This document shows, piece after piece, positions 28,601 to 36,729 of a stretch of DNA of 39,705 nt. The first letter of the stretch is position 1; every line of letters starts with the position of its first letter. A program made the position numbers and the translations under genes. A model generated the notes under the pieces. The model was given only the letters and a program-made list of their open reading frames with translations. It was not told the DNA's origin and did no database searches. This stretch comes from a virus (taxonomy: Duplodnaviria; Caudoviricetes): the IMG/VR virus record IMGVR_UViG_3300048080_000499, positions 1 to 39,705 of that record, one strand, 5' to 3'.

Positions 28601-31555
28601 GTTGAACAGGTCCGTCTCGATCTCGTCCGTGATGTTCAGCACCCCCAGCGCGCCCTCCACCCCGGGCACGTTCGCCGCGCGCTCGGTCATCACCGCCGTC
28701 TCCGCCCGCACCTGCTCGGCGATGGACTTCGCCGCCTCTCGGCGCACGTTCCCGAAGATGCGCCGCACGTCGGAGGGCCTGGCCTTCGCCCCGAGCTTCG
28801 CCAGCTCCGCGTTGAGCGTGTCGCCCACCCCGTCCAGCGCCATCAGCCGCGCCACGTCCGCCTCGCCGATCCCCACCGCCCGCGCCGCCTCGCCGTAGAA
28901 CTGGTGCACCAGCGGGGCCGGGGCCTGGGCCAGCACCGCCGCCGCGATCTCGGCCGGGTTGTAGCCGGCCTGCGCCGCCGCCATCAGGTAGTCCGGCAGG
29001 CGCGGGTCCACGCCGCGCAGCGCGCCCTCCAGCGTCTGCGGCAGGCGCGGGATCGAGACGTCCTTGCGCCAGCTCTGCGACCACATCTGGCGGAAGCCCT
29101 CGAAGTAGGCGCGCGCCCCCTGCCAGCGCTCGATCTTCTGCGCCACGTGCGTGGGCGGCAGCTTGTCGGCGATCGCGCTCGTCGCCCTCCGGATCTCCGC
29201 GAGTATCCCCGTCGTCTCGGCCGCCTTCTGGATCGGCGCCAGCCCGGCCTGCACCGCCCGCGCCCCGATCTGCGTGGCGGCGATGTCGTCCCCCAGGTCC
29301 GCCAGCCCCATCCCCGCCACCGCCCGCGCCGGCAGCACCCCCAGCCGCTCCCACTCCTGCTGGATCCCGGCAATGCCCCGCAGCCCCCACACCCCGTCCA
29401 CGATCGTGGTCAGCTCCCCGTTCCACAGGTTGCGGATCGGGTAGGAGATGTTCAGCCCCAAGAGCGCCACCGACTCCACGCCCTTCACCGCCTGCGCCAG
29501 GCGCGTCACGAAGTCCTGGCCCTTCACCCCGAACGTGCGCGCCGCCCACTCGCCCGCGCCCTCGATCAGCCCCTCCATCGCCGCCGCCTTCAGCATCTCC
29601 GGGGAGTAGGGGATCAGGTCCTCGCGAAACGTCTTGTGCATCTGGGTCAGCACTTCGGCGTTGAGCGACCCGTCGTCCAGCTTCGCCAGCAGCGCCGCGC
29701 CCGACTCTCCCGCCGCCGCCGCTTTCGTACGCAGCTCGCGCAGCAGCACGTCGGCCTCGCCTTGCCCCAGCCGGTCGAGCACGCTCTTGATGTCGGTGCC
29801 CGTCACCGCCGCCAGGTCGCCGAGCAGCTGCTGCTCCGGCGCCGTCATCTGGTAGGCCCGCACCCGGTCGAGCACCGCGTCGGTGTTGATCGAGCGCTTG
29901 ACGATCCGCCCCTCGAGGGCCGCCCCCAGCCGCGCCGCCTCGGGGAAGTCCGCCGGCAGCGCGTCCGGGTCGGCGTTCTTGAACCCGGTCAGCATGCGCG
30001 TCAAGCTGTCCGGCAGGGTGTCGTCGTTGGGCAGCCGCGAGATCAGCGTGCCGAGCGTGTCGTGTGCCCGGAAGACGTGCTCGCTCGCCATGCTCTGCGG
30101 CGTGAGGCGAAACAGATCCCACCACTTCGGCGGCGTGTACTTCCCCGTCGCCGCCAGCGAGAGCAGCTCCTTGCCGATCGTGAAGCGCTGCAAGGCCGTG
30201 AACTCGCGCCCGGCCTGGAAACCCTCCCGCACCGGCTTCATCAGCAGCAGGTTGCGGTAAGCCTCGCGCGTCGCAAAGAGTCCCGGCCGCCCGCGCGTCA
30301 GCTCGGCCGCCTTGAGCAACTCGGTGTCGCCCAGCACCCGCCCGAGCACCCCCAGCCCGCGCGTCTCGACGATGTTGGTGAAGTTCAGGGGGTCGGCGAC
30401 AAAGCCCGAGATCAGCTCGCGGACCTGCCCCGGCACGCCGTACTGCGCCGCCGTCTCGTAGTACACGAGCGCCGGGTCCTCGCCCGCCGCGATCCGCCGC
30501 CGCGCCGCCACCAGCGCCGTCAGCCCGCCGTTTGCCTGCGGCAGGTCGTAGTCCACGAACGTCTGCTGCCCGCCGAACTGACCCGGCCACACCGGCAGCG
30601 CCTCGTACGTCAGCCGCGCCGCCTTCCAGGTTGCGCCCAGGTTGCCGACGACTTCTTCCGGCGTCCCGAATTTCTCCGGCTCGGTCAGCGCCCCGCCGAT
30701 CTGCCCGGCTGTCCCCAGCGTCTGCTCCAGCGCCTGCCTTGGCCAGTCCAGCCAGTGCAGCGCCTGGCCCACCACGTTCTCCTCGTCGAAGCGCCGCTGC
30801 GCCTCCGCCCAGCCGTAGGCCGCCGCCAGTTTCTCCGTCTCCCGTTGCTGATAGCCCGGCAGCAAGTATCCTCCGACTCCGCCCACCGCAAAGCCAATCG
30901 CTCCCCCCACCGGTCCGCCGAGGCCCAACCCCACGATCCCGCCCGTCAGCGCCAGCGGCCCGGCCTGCGTCACCTTCCCCAGCGGGCTGCCCATGAAGGC
31001 CGCAAACCTTCCGCGCAGCGTGCCCGGCGGGCCCGGCGGCAGCCCGAACTCCTGCCCCTGCTGCTCCGGCGGCAGCCCGGCCGCCAGCCCGATGCCCTTC
31101 TGCATGACTGTCCCGCGCTTCGGCTCCTGATAGGTCGAGACCAGCGCGTCGTACTCCGCGCGCGTGATCCCCCTCGTCACCGGCCAGCTGTCCGACGGCA
31201 CCATCAGCTTGCCGTCCTTCACGTAGTAGTCCAGCCCCGTCTCGGCCTGCGTGCCCTGGTACTGGGCGGCTTGCTCCCCGCCCGGCGCGTAGAACTGGCC
31301 CGACTCTCCTGCCGGAGTCGGAGGGGCGAAGCGTTGAATGGGTCTCTGTTCGGGGGGCAGCGGCGCCGTGGGGACGCGCGCCTGCACTACGCGCGCCTGG
31401 CCCGCGCCCGGCAGGCGTTGCCGCGGCAGCCGCGCGATCTGCGTCTCCCGCTCTTGCGGAGTCAGACGAGCCGCGGGGGCCGGGGGCAGGCTGCGTCCTG
31501 AGCCTGTCGAAGGGGGCCTGGTCCGGTAGCGTTTGACGGGGACGCCAGGGGGCAT
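22631..31555 (-). CDS. Giant internal virion/DNA-ejection protein with zincin-like domain and C-terminal lytic transglycosylase (SLT)
   Basis: 2974 aa; STLVHEVGH...EESFA..FERYL; ILALIKAESNGN...SVGLFQL; helical HPEL..YW.W repeats. Confidence 0.8.
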   Translation of the reverse strand: MPPGVPVKRYRTRPPSTGSGRSLPPAPAARLTPQERETQIARLPRQRLPGAGQARVVQARVPTAPLPPEQRPIQRFAPPTPAGESGQFYAPGGEQAAQYQGTQAETGLDYYVKDGKLMVPSDSWPVTRGITRAEYDALVSTYQEPKRGTVMQKGIGLAAGLPPEQQGQEFGLPPGPPGTLRGRFAAFMGSPLGKVTQAGPLALTGGIVGLGLGGPVGGAIGFAVGGVGGYLLPGYQQRETEKLAAAYGWAEAQRRFDEENVVGQALHWLDWPRQALEQTLGTAGQIGGALTEPEKFGTPEEVVGNLGATWKAARLTYEALPVWPGQFGGQQTFVDYDLPQANGGLTALVAARRRIAAGEDPALVYYETAAQYGVPGQVRELISGFVADPLNFTNIVETRGLGVLGRVLGDTELLKAAELTRGRPGLFATREAYRNLLLMKPVREGFQAGREFTALQRFTIGKELLSLAATGKYTPPKWWDLFRLTPQSMASEHVFRAHDTLGTLISRLPNDDTLPDSLTRMLTGFKNADPDALPADFPEAARLGAALEGRIVKRSINTDAVLDRVRAYQMTAPEQQLLGDLAAVTGTDIKSVLDRLGQGEADVLLRELRTKAAAAGESGAALLAKLDDGSLNAEVLTQMHKTFREDLIPYSPEMLKAAAMEGLIEGAGEWAARTFGVKGQDFVTRLAQAVKGVESVALLGLNISYPIRNLWNGELTTIVDGVWGLRGIAGIQQEWERLGVLPARAVAGMGLADLGDDIAATQIGARAVQAGLAPIQKAAETTGILAEIRRATSAIADKLPPTHVAQKIERWQGARAYFEGFRQMWSQSWRKDVSIPRLPQTLEGALRGVDPRLPDYLMAAAQAGYNPAEIAAAVLAQAPAPLVHQFYGEAARAVGIGEADVARLMALDGVGDTLNAELAKLGAKARPSDVRRIFGNVRREAAKSIAEQVRAETAVMTERAANVPGVEGALGVLNITDEIETDLFNTFTRHAQNLDRRWAEVYREGKPKGAVMRALFAEADEVWTNYQAREVAAYQGLADGMGKANLGLADEFMPAVRGKQADIRAFNDTRTRLLRAFFDTEHPPGTRTAAWNETTRAIDAAYFDLAQALDSRAARLDEYLVAAYRGRAGPEIAERVAAWREAVRKFNAEDMGRVRAFRQEVRTLPEVAQAKAWTEFHDERLRRRWEAMQELIQVRRGIGAEGGRPRSEAEGGAAQPQPIPAAIAPEAAAAAAPPVAAAPPAAVAPEVAALTTVPAGEEALHNILIGTKQRSVPYRELQGYYAVTSGQVTAERVADYLTANGIEITGRPTVETAPEVARVVETVTAALDEAEKAAALQPDLIGAPGVTLNRAGFRAQLVDSFPEVTASQIDTTLALTDARARTWARDTGRPWQEWYETHLRGVRKGGAGEAALFQTAEIKRLSRAEADLYLLWREQGVRESAMEARLTGLRAETLPEGLSAREHTLATRYRAALAEAQRLHPEALNLYQADALAFRHKGAVEFLADGRAIIRALEGPDVSTLVHEVGHVFRRDLPEADLRVAEQHYGVRDGLWEVGHEESFAGDFERYLATAQAPTPALVRVFERLRDWLREIYAAAANFIHPVEDEMAGVFDRLLGGETLRQAQGAAAIQPFRPPALTPGMEITLNYDQALVGGRVWAAKTSVAGAEVLADFPGAVRVRLPGGEEYTLSRDLISHAEVPEGRAEPVPAEAVRGAPLPPEAQAALNAARDEATKLLASAKKKQRKANKLYRQLFKEQRADPAGVLLREMNQLRQEAASETQAAQAMTAEVPPLPDVDPSVRAARTGIAMAGEAARALADDLTVAVEELAALKAEGMYTVSDYLAQSPPLTPFQKSLLADLGSAPSADEVSTWLRNYAEIAQREPGVDGAVAWERAKGQGTLFQTEALDSSIRAQAGGGEEFTLPDGKRGVLLGQAEDGAWLVREIETGIVQRVPARTGQSAFLPPGTLDDLTGGGPLPHAAAREEAWYDRMLPVLDDLQGRVERSVAQGVVRGHASLPPEVQAGVRAWLNDVGGRMSEAKLFALKWGQFKRDAALLNYSRRYQFNNFLGLVFPYEFWMTHSMLQWALRAIEKPALLANYYRVQKFLSAEVTKPGFPSRLEGRVKIPLPFLPEWMGGGMWVDPMQFGLPINQFFQPWEQLQMATTKLESRAARKLEDLVAGGQISQAEYAEALQTQSGTAWARAVQLAQADDANLKFDGVDLASLVVGPHLPLTWAWNAARGTPERIAPLPGTRQLKALTAALGIGPAGGVNVEAGLRRHFGLPLFDQWEDYRVDRELANMAAEGLITPKQASAAMIDRAGPVFETAQRRAAQVGGFGTLTGMIFGTTSGVFPEGEQRQRLLGELFSAAYRAQDDGDPEALSRFFEQHPEYEARLALYDKPEERVRNFLIDQVWTGYDALPALYRRQVTQAFGDDFTEGFLSKETRSYDAIPVEVLAAWARTLGQYVPRAVEGDPQRIEFAPPEVAQEAQQFYAQRERFDMDWVRALQSAYFQIPEHARATDTPYPPAVEEFYTAKDRLFPTIGDLQEMYFNLPEVLQTAERDRLYPGIFGTQDAYFALPERGKERKAYREAHPELVAYWEWNRTYKAEHPEEQLRKGFRARFPELERYWDWRDTWKAQHPREAGYLDETDVSARTAFVQQHPELGEYWDWRRGWLAAHPVSAPYITEQGQPETAAGAPTPESQPEQGRQVLGSPEIQLLVTAYLFADEPLPSAARLILQQEFERQGNRPGRAPDLPTGGRGRGNFDAWLVNVLAYGGNLGGEALSYGASTGSAGAAWTYPGTPPSQSPVRSRQSEVASPKSSAAPSGNVAPSGNNIAPNPYATTPQGGTEGVMAWAEMAAQYGGEAGVPPEFILALIKAESNGNARAVGDAGHSVGLFQLHDRGVGYGYTVEQRYDPALQFSLMMPRIAAAYNAGVAKGLSGRELAMFVGQQAERPAAAAVPRYGVAYDQITGAR

Positions 31556-31592
31556 GTCAGTCCACTCTGCGAAAATCTGCGCAATCTGCGGA

Positions 31593-32372
31593 TCAGAACC
31601 GCCAGCTCACCAGCCCGTAATACCACGGCGGCACTTCGCGCGGCGCGCCCCCGCCTCCGCCGCCATCCCCATAGCCGCCGTAGCCTCCGCCCGTGTCGCC
31701 GCCCCCGCCACCGTAATCCGGGTACGGGTAGAACGGCTCGGGCCCCAGCCCCGTGTCGCCCGCCATCTCTTCCGCGGGCGGCTCGAGCTGCACGTACGGC
31801 CTGGCCGTCACCGGCGCGCGCGCCTTCGTCATCGTCCCCCGGCGCACCGGTGGATTCTCCAGCGACCTGAACTGGGAGGGCGAAAAACCGTAGCGCGGAC
31901 CGCCATAATTTGGATACACGTCTTCCCAAGCCGGCTTGACAAAGGGCGGGTTAGCCGCGTTGTACGCGGCCAGTCCCTCGGGTGTGCGGAAGGGACTATA
32001 GCCGGGGATCAGAGGGCGATTAGGGTCATAGGCCGCGTGCCCCTCGGGTGTGCGAAAAGGGCTATACGCCGTAAAAGGGGGAACGCGAGCGTTGAACGCG
32101 CTCAGTCCCTCCGGTGTGCGGAAGGGACTGTAGCTGGGGATCGTGGCCGCGGTTGGCGCCGCGTAGCTGGGGAAATTCGGGTTCGGGACCGCGGCCACGC
32201 CCCGGCCACGCGCCGCGTAGCTGGGGATCTTGGCCGCCGGCTTTGCGGGGGTCGCCGCCCGCCCGGCCTCCCGTCTCTGCGTCGCCTGCTCGCGCGCCGC
32301 CGCCCCCGCCCGGCTCGGCGCGGGGGCTGGCTTCGGCTTGGGTTCGTAGCGTCTCACGGGTCTCTTCGCCAT
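31593..32372 (-). CDS. Pro/Gly-rich putative internal virion protein
   Basis: Three 22-aa YSPFRTPEG repeats; lies between portal and giant gene. Confidence 0.65.
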   Translation of the reverse strand: MAKRPVRRYEPKPKPAPAPSRAGAAAREQATQRREAGRAATPAKPAAKIPSYAARGRGVAAVPNPNFPSYAAPTAATIPSYSPFRTPEGLSAFNARVPPFTAYSPFRTPEGHAAYDPNRPLIPGYSPFRTPEGLAAYNAANPPFVKPAWEDVYPNYGGPRYGFSPSQFRSLENPPVRRGTMTKARAPVTARPYVQLEPPAEEMAGDTGLGPEPFYPYPDYGGGGGDTGGGYGGYGDGGGGGGAPREVPPWYYGLVSWRF

Positions 32373-32373
32373 C

Positions 32374-32634
32374 TCAACCTCCTGGCGGGGTCTGCCCGCC
32401 CATCATGCCGGGCTGCATCCCGAAGGCCTGCATCCTCTGCGCGTGCTCGCCCATCCTCGCCTGCTCGTCGGGCGCCATCTGCGCGCGCTCTTCCGGCGCC
32501 ATCGCCAGGAACGCCTGCACCTGCTCGGCCAACGCCAGCGGCCCAAAGAAGCCCGCCTGGAACTCCGCCTCCCACTCCGCCGCCCGCAGCTGTGCCTCCA
32601 CGAACGCCCCCAGCACGTCGGTGATCTTGATCAT
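32374..32634 (-). CDS. Hypothetical protein
   Basis: ATGA overlap with the portal stop. Confidence 0.65.
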   Translation of the reverse strand: MIKITDVLGAFVEAQLRAAEWEAEFQAGFFGPLALAEQVQAFLAMAPEERAQMAPDEQARMGEHAQRMQAFGMQPGMMGGQTPPGG

Positions 32635-34451
32635 CGTGCCTGCCCCCTCGCCGGCAGCGGCCCGCTCAGCGGCTGCCCTTCACCCACCCCGCCAGCCGGA
32701 TAGGCCGATACCGGCTGACCTCCGCCGCCGGGTTGCCCGCCCGACGCGGCCTGCGGTGGGCCTTGCATGGGCCCCGCTTGAGTTGGGGGAGCAGATGTCT
32801 CGCGGCGAGACATCGCCGCCGCCTGTTCGGCCTGGGCTTGCATGGCCTGTGCCTGCGCCGCCTGCTGCACCTTCAGCTGATCCTGCGCGCTGAGTTGGTT
32901 GAAGATGCGCTGGATCTCGAAGGCCACGCGCTTCTCCATCCAGACCTCCTTCGCCATCGCCTCGTGCTGCCCCATGCTCAGGATGTTCTCTTGCAGCCAG
33001 CGGTCGCTCGCCAGCCCGGCCTGCTTGAGCGCCAGCGCCGTGTTCGCCAGCTGCAGCTTGTCCGTGGGCAGGTCCGGCTCAAGGCTCACCCGCAGCGCCA
33101 GCCGCTCGGGCAGGTCGGCCGGCGAGAGCTCGATCTCGCTCCCCGATCCGGTGTCGTAGAACTTCCCACCCTCGGGCGGGTCCGCCTTGTACCAGGCCAG
33201 CGCCGCCAGCAGCAGGTTCGCGATCGCCTCCCCGCCCAGCTGCTTCGTCGCCGTCAGCGGCAGCCGCCCCGCCTGCACCAGCAGCGAGATTGCGCTGAAG
33301 GCCATCACCTGCTGCGGCGGCGCGCCCAGCGCCATCTTTGGGATCGTCGACTCTTCGTTCAGCCGCGCCGCCAGCTCCAGCCCCTTGTACTGCTCCGGGT
33401 CCACCACCTTCTCCAGCAGCGCCGAGGGGCGCTCGCCCTTCGGCACCTTCATGATCCCGCCCGGCGTCGTGCGGTCCACCGTCGTCGGCGCCTCCATGTC
33501 ATCCGTCTCCTGCACCATGAGCGGGTTCGACCCCAGCGCGTGGATCAGCGAGTAGACCGTGGTCAGCCCCAAATTCTCGCGCTTCCACAATCCCGACTTC
33601 GCCATCGCGTACAGCATCGGGAAGCGCTGCAGCTCCGGGCGCGCGAACAGCATCGTCCCGTCCACGATCTGGTCCACCACCGGTAAGAACGACAGCCCGT
33701 GCTCGTCGAACCAGACCCACTCGCTCGTGTCGTCCAGCCACACCGCCCGGTATTGCCAGTCGTACCAGTCGTTCAGCGTGACCTGGTCGTACGTGCGCCA
33801 GGTGAGCGCCTTCGCTCCAGCCGCGTCCTCGGCCGCCTGCCCCCACGTGGCCACCACCTCGCCCCACGTGACCGCCGTCCGGCGCAGCATCCCCCTCAGC
33901 CCGAAGGCATCGAAGTCGCCGTAACACGTCGCCGGCGAATAGACCTGGAAGAAGTACGGCGTGCGCGAGGCCACGTGCTGCATGCGCGCCACCAGCACTT
34001 TGTTCTTTGTCTTCTCCGCCTGCTTGAGCAGGTCGGCCGTGCGCGTCACGCTCGCGCAGATCTCGGCGAACATCAGCGCCGAGAACACCGCCTCGTAGTG
34101 CACCGGGCGCTGGGCCACGCGCCCGCTCCCCGCCCACATCGCCTTGCAGGCCTGCTCGATCTTCCCGCTCGCCTGCTTGGCCTGCGCCTGCGCCTCGTCG
34201 AAGGGCACGTTGATCTGCGGTTCCGTGCTCACCATCAGCCGCACCGCCCCCATCAGCGCGTTGTAGGCGGAGGGCGACATCGTCGCCTTGATCCAGTCGC
34301 CCGTGGGCGGATCCGTCCACTCCATGTGCACCATCTGGCGCAGCTCCTCGTACAGGGAGTCGCGCGCGCCATAGAGCATGCGCAGGTTCGCCGCCCGGTC
34401 ACGGATGCGCTCGAACTCGGCGCGGAGATTGGAGTCGGTTTGATCAGCCAT
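32631..34451 (-). CDS. Portal (head-tail connector) protein
   Basis: 606 aa, downstream of TerL, Gln/Pro-rich tail. Confidence 0.78.
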   Translation of the reverse strand: MADQTDSNLRAEFERIRDRAANLRMLYGARDSLYEELRQMVHMEWTDPPTGDWIKATMSPSAYNALMGAVRLMVSTEPQINVPFDEAQAQAKQASGKIEQACKAMWAGSGRVAQRPVHYEAVFSALMFAEICASVTRTADLLKQAEKTKNKVLVARMQHVASRTPYFFQVYSPATCYGDFDAFGLRGMLRRTAVTWGEVVATWGQAAEDAAGAKALTWRTYDQVTLNDWYDWQYRAVWLDDTSEWVWFDEHGLSFLPVVDQIVDGTMLFARPELQRFPMLYAMAKSGLWKRENLGLTTVYSLIHALGSNPLMVQETDDMEAPTTVDRTTPGGIMKVPKGERPSALLEKVVDPEQYKGLELAARLNEESTIPKMALGAPPQQVMAFSAISLLVQAGRLPLTATKQLGGEAIANLLLAALAWYKADPPEGGKFYDTGSGSEIELSPADLPERLALRVSLEPDLPTDKLQLANTALALKQAGLASDRWLQENILSMGQHEAMAKEVWMEKRVAFEIQRIFNQLSAQDQLKVQQAAQAQAMQAQAEQAAAMSRRETSAPPTQAGPMQGPPQAASGGQPGGGGQPVSAYPAGGVGEGQPLSGPLPARGQAR

Positions 34452-34641
34452 GCTTCATCCGCCTTCTGATTTGGCCGGTGGCCCGGTTATCGCGCCAGCC
34501 GCGCATGGTCAGCACGCCGCGCTTCACGTTGAAGCGGAAACGGTGCACCAGCCCGCAATCACAACAAGCCATCTTCAAGTCCTTCCGTCTCCATCGCACG
34601 CGCACGCGCTGGCCCGCCTCAATCTTCGGATAGCGGCTCAT
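34444..34641 (-). CDS. Small CCDCGLVH-motif protein
   Basis: MSRYPKIEAG...MACCDCGLVH...RDNRAT; overlaps both neighbours. Confidence 0.7.
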   Translation of the reverse strand: MSRYPKIEAGQRVRVRWRRKDLKMACCDCGLVHRFRFNVKRGVLTMRGWRDNRATGQIRRRMKHG

Positions 34642-36062
34642 AAGTCCTTGCTCCCCAGTCCGCTCCCCATCAACTGCCGCGCGCGCCTGACCACGGGGTC
34701 GGCGACCAGTTGCCGGATCACACGCGCCGGGGCGGGAGGCTTGACGTTGGTCAAGCCGTAGCGCAGCATGTCGTAGTCGTGATCGTCCCCCTTCGTGTCC
34801 ACGTCCTCCACGTGCACCGGGTCGCGCACCAGCGCCGGCAGCGTGCGCACCAGGTCCGTGCAGGTGTTGAAGATCTGCAATCCCGGCAGCCCGTCCGGCA
34901 GGTCGGCCAGCAGCGTCTTGACCTTGCGCACGCCCGTGAGGCGGTCGTTGTCTCCCTCGACCAGCGGCACGCCCTCCGCCCGGTATTCGTCGGCCGTCGA
35001 GAAGGTGCGCTCCTCGTGACTCTTCTTCGTCCACATGCTCGGGTCGGCGTAGGTGATGTGCACCTTCTCCGACGGCGGCGAGTTCGCCACGATCAGCCGC
35101 GCCTGCTGCCGGTCGGTCAGCCCGGTCTCGTGCACCTGCCGGTAGACGTACACCCGCCCGCTGTCCGGGTTGCGGCAGAACCACCCGCACACGAACGGCG
35201 CCACGCTCCCCCAGTCCACCGCCCGCCACCTCGGCCAGCCCAGCGGCAGCTCGATCGGGTCGATGAAATGCCGCTCCCGGCGCAGGTCGAACACCTGCCC
35301 GACGAACACGTCCCAATCCCCCCAGCGCCAGGCGCGCGCCAGATCCGGCGGGAGCGAGTCGAGCATGTCCCAGTAGGCTTTGTCCAGGTAGGGGTTGTCG
35401 TCCGGCAGCGCGCGCACGAACGCAAATTGATCGGCCAGCTTCTGCATCTCCGGCGGCAGCGCCTGCGGCTTATCAACCCCCCAGTAATCGCGCACCCACA
35501 GGTGCCCGATCCCATCTGGGTTGCTGCCCGCCACGAACTTGCAATCGGAGTTGGGCAGACCTGGCCAGCGCAGCGAGCCGCGCAGGGTGTCGAAGACCGT
35601 GACCGGGTTCATCGTCAGTTCGTCCACCCCGATGTCGGCAAACTCCGCGCTCTTGTACTTCGAGAGCTTATCCAAATTTCTCAGCGCCAGCACCCCGCCG
35701 CCGTACTCCGGCCGCAGGTGGTAGCCCAGCCCGTGCGCCTGGCTCTCCTTCAGCTCGCCCAGCCAGTCGGGGAACTCGCGCTCGATCTTCCCGATCTGCC
35801 GGTCCTTGAGCACCGGGTAGTCCTCGCAGAAGAGCGCCGAGACCACGCCCAGCACGCCGCGCGCCGCGCGCTGCAGGATGCGCTTCAGCAGATACCAGCG
35901 CAGCCAGTGCGACTTCATGCAGCCGCGGCTCCCACCGTAGAGCGTGAACTTGTGCTCCGCGGCCGCGCGCGCCGCCGCCACCTGCTTCGGCTCGAAGTGG
36001 CACAGGTCGTCGAACTGCACGCGCTCGACCTCAGGACTCGTCATCGCGCCCCGCGTCGTCAT
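34638..36062 (-). CDS. terL: Terminase large subunit
   Basis: Walker A-like YGGSRGCMKS, Walker B IGVDE, SNPDG, DNPYL, nuclease AVDWG, ADPS, DDHDYDMLRY. Confidence 0.93.
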   Translation of the reverse strand: MTTRGAMTSPEVERVQFDDLCHFEPKQVAAARAAAEHKFTLYGGSRGCMKSHWLRWYLLKRILQRAARGVLGVVSALFCEDYPVLKDRQIGKIEREFPDWLGELKESQAHGLGYHLRPEYGGGVLALRNLDKLSKYKSAEFADIGVDELTMNPVTVFDTLRGSLRWPGLPNSDCKFVAGSNPDGIGHLWVRDYWGVDKPQALPPEMQKLADQFAFVRALPDDNPYLDKAYWDMLDSLPPDLARAWRWGDWDVFVGQVFDLRRERHFIDPIELPLGWPRWRAVDWGSVAPFVCGWFCRNPDSGRVYVYRQVHETGLTDRQQARLIVANSPPSEKVHITYADPSMWTKKSHEERTFSTADEYRAEGVPLVEGDNDRLTGVRKVKTLLADLPDGLPGLQIFNTCTDLVRTLPALVRDPVHVEDVDTKGDDHDYDMLRYGLTNVKPPAPARVIRQLVADPVVRRARQLMGSGLGSKDL

Positions 36063-36426
36063 CGCCCATCACCAGCAGCTTCACGCTGCCCGACTGCTCG
36101 ACTCTCTGCATCGGCTTGCCCAGCACCTGATCCAGCACGCGCTGCGCGCACGCCGCCCGGAACTCCGACGCCGCCATCGTCTCGGGCTGGCCGCGTGGTG
36201 GGGCTGAACGCATGTACTTGCACAGCAGCGTGAAGGCATAGTCCGCCTCCGTGATCCGCCGGTCGGCCAGCTTCCGCTTGAGCAGCGTCGCCGCCTGCGG
36301 CTTGCGTCCCGCGCCCGCGCGCTTCCCGCCCCGCGCGCGTGGATTCCCGTGTTTCAAGGCCGCGCCCTGAGCCGGCTGAGCCGCCTGAGCCTGTCGAAGG
36401 CGAAGCCGAAGGGCCTTTGATTTCAT
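36031..36426 (-). CDS. Terminase small subunit (putative)
   Basis: RGGKRAGAGRKP and RVLDQVLGKPMQRVE motifs; directly upstream of TerL. Confidence 0.7.
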   Translation of the reverse strand: MKSKALRLRLRQAQAAQPAQGAALKHGNPRARGGKRAGAGRKPQAATLLKRKLADRRITEADYAFTLLCKYMRSAPPRGQPETMAASEFRAACAQRVLDQVLGKPMQRVEQSGSVKLLVMGDDDAGRDDES

Positions 36427-36456
36427 CTGTGAAAAACGACATTTCAAAGTGTCGTA

Positions 36457-36729
36457 TTACGTTTGGCCATGGGGATTCTCCTGCTTCGCCAGCTCCTGCA
36501 CCGGCGTGATGTCCGCCGAGAGCGTCACGCGCAGTCGGCGCGTGTGCCCCTTCTCCATCACGATCGCCACCTCCCCGAAGCCGCCGCCCGTCAGCACCCG
36601 GTCGAGGTGATCCACCAGCATCTGGCACTGCCACAGCGTCAGGTGCGCCAGCAGCCGATGCATAATCACCTCGGTCTGATGCGGCAGCGGCAGCGCCGCC
36701 GTCTGGGCGTGCGCCGAGTCAGTTGCCAT
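36457..36729 (-). CDS. Small protein resembling YezD/DUF2292
   Basis: GFGEVAIVMEKGHTRRL beta-hairpin pattern. Confidence 0.5.
   Translation of the reverse strand: MATDSAHAQTAALPLPHQTEVIMHRLLAHLTLWQCQMLVDHLDRVLTGGGFGEVAIVMEKGHTRRLRVTLSADITPVQELAKQENPHGQT

Noticed and set aside
31975-32132. Three ~26-bp repeats at 66-bp period resembling a mini CRISPR array
   Set aside because: Differences fall at synonymous positions of an in-frame YSPFRTPEG peptide repeat; no cas genes or leader
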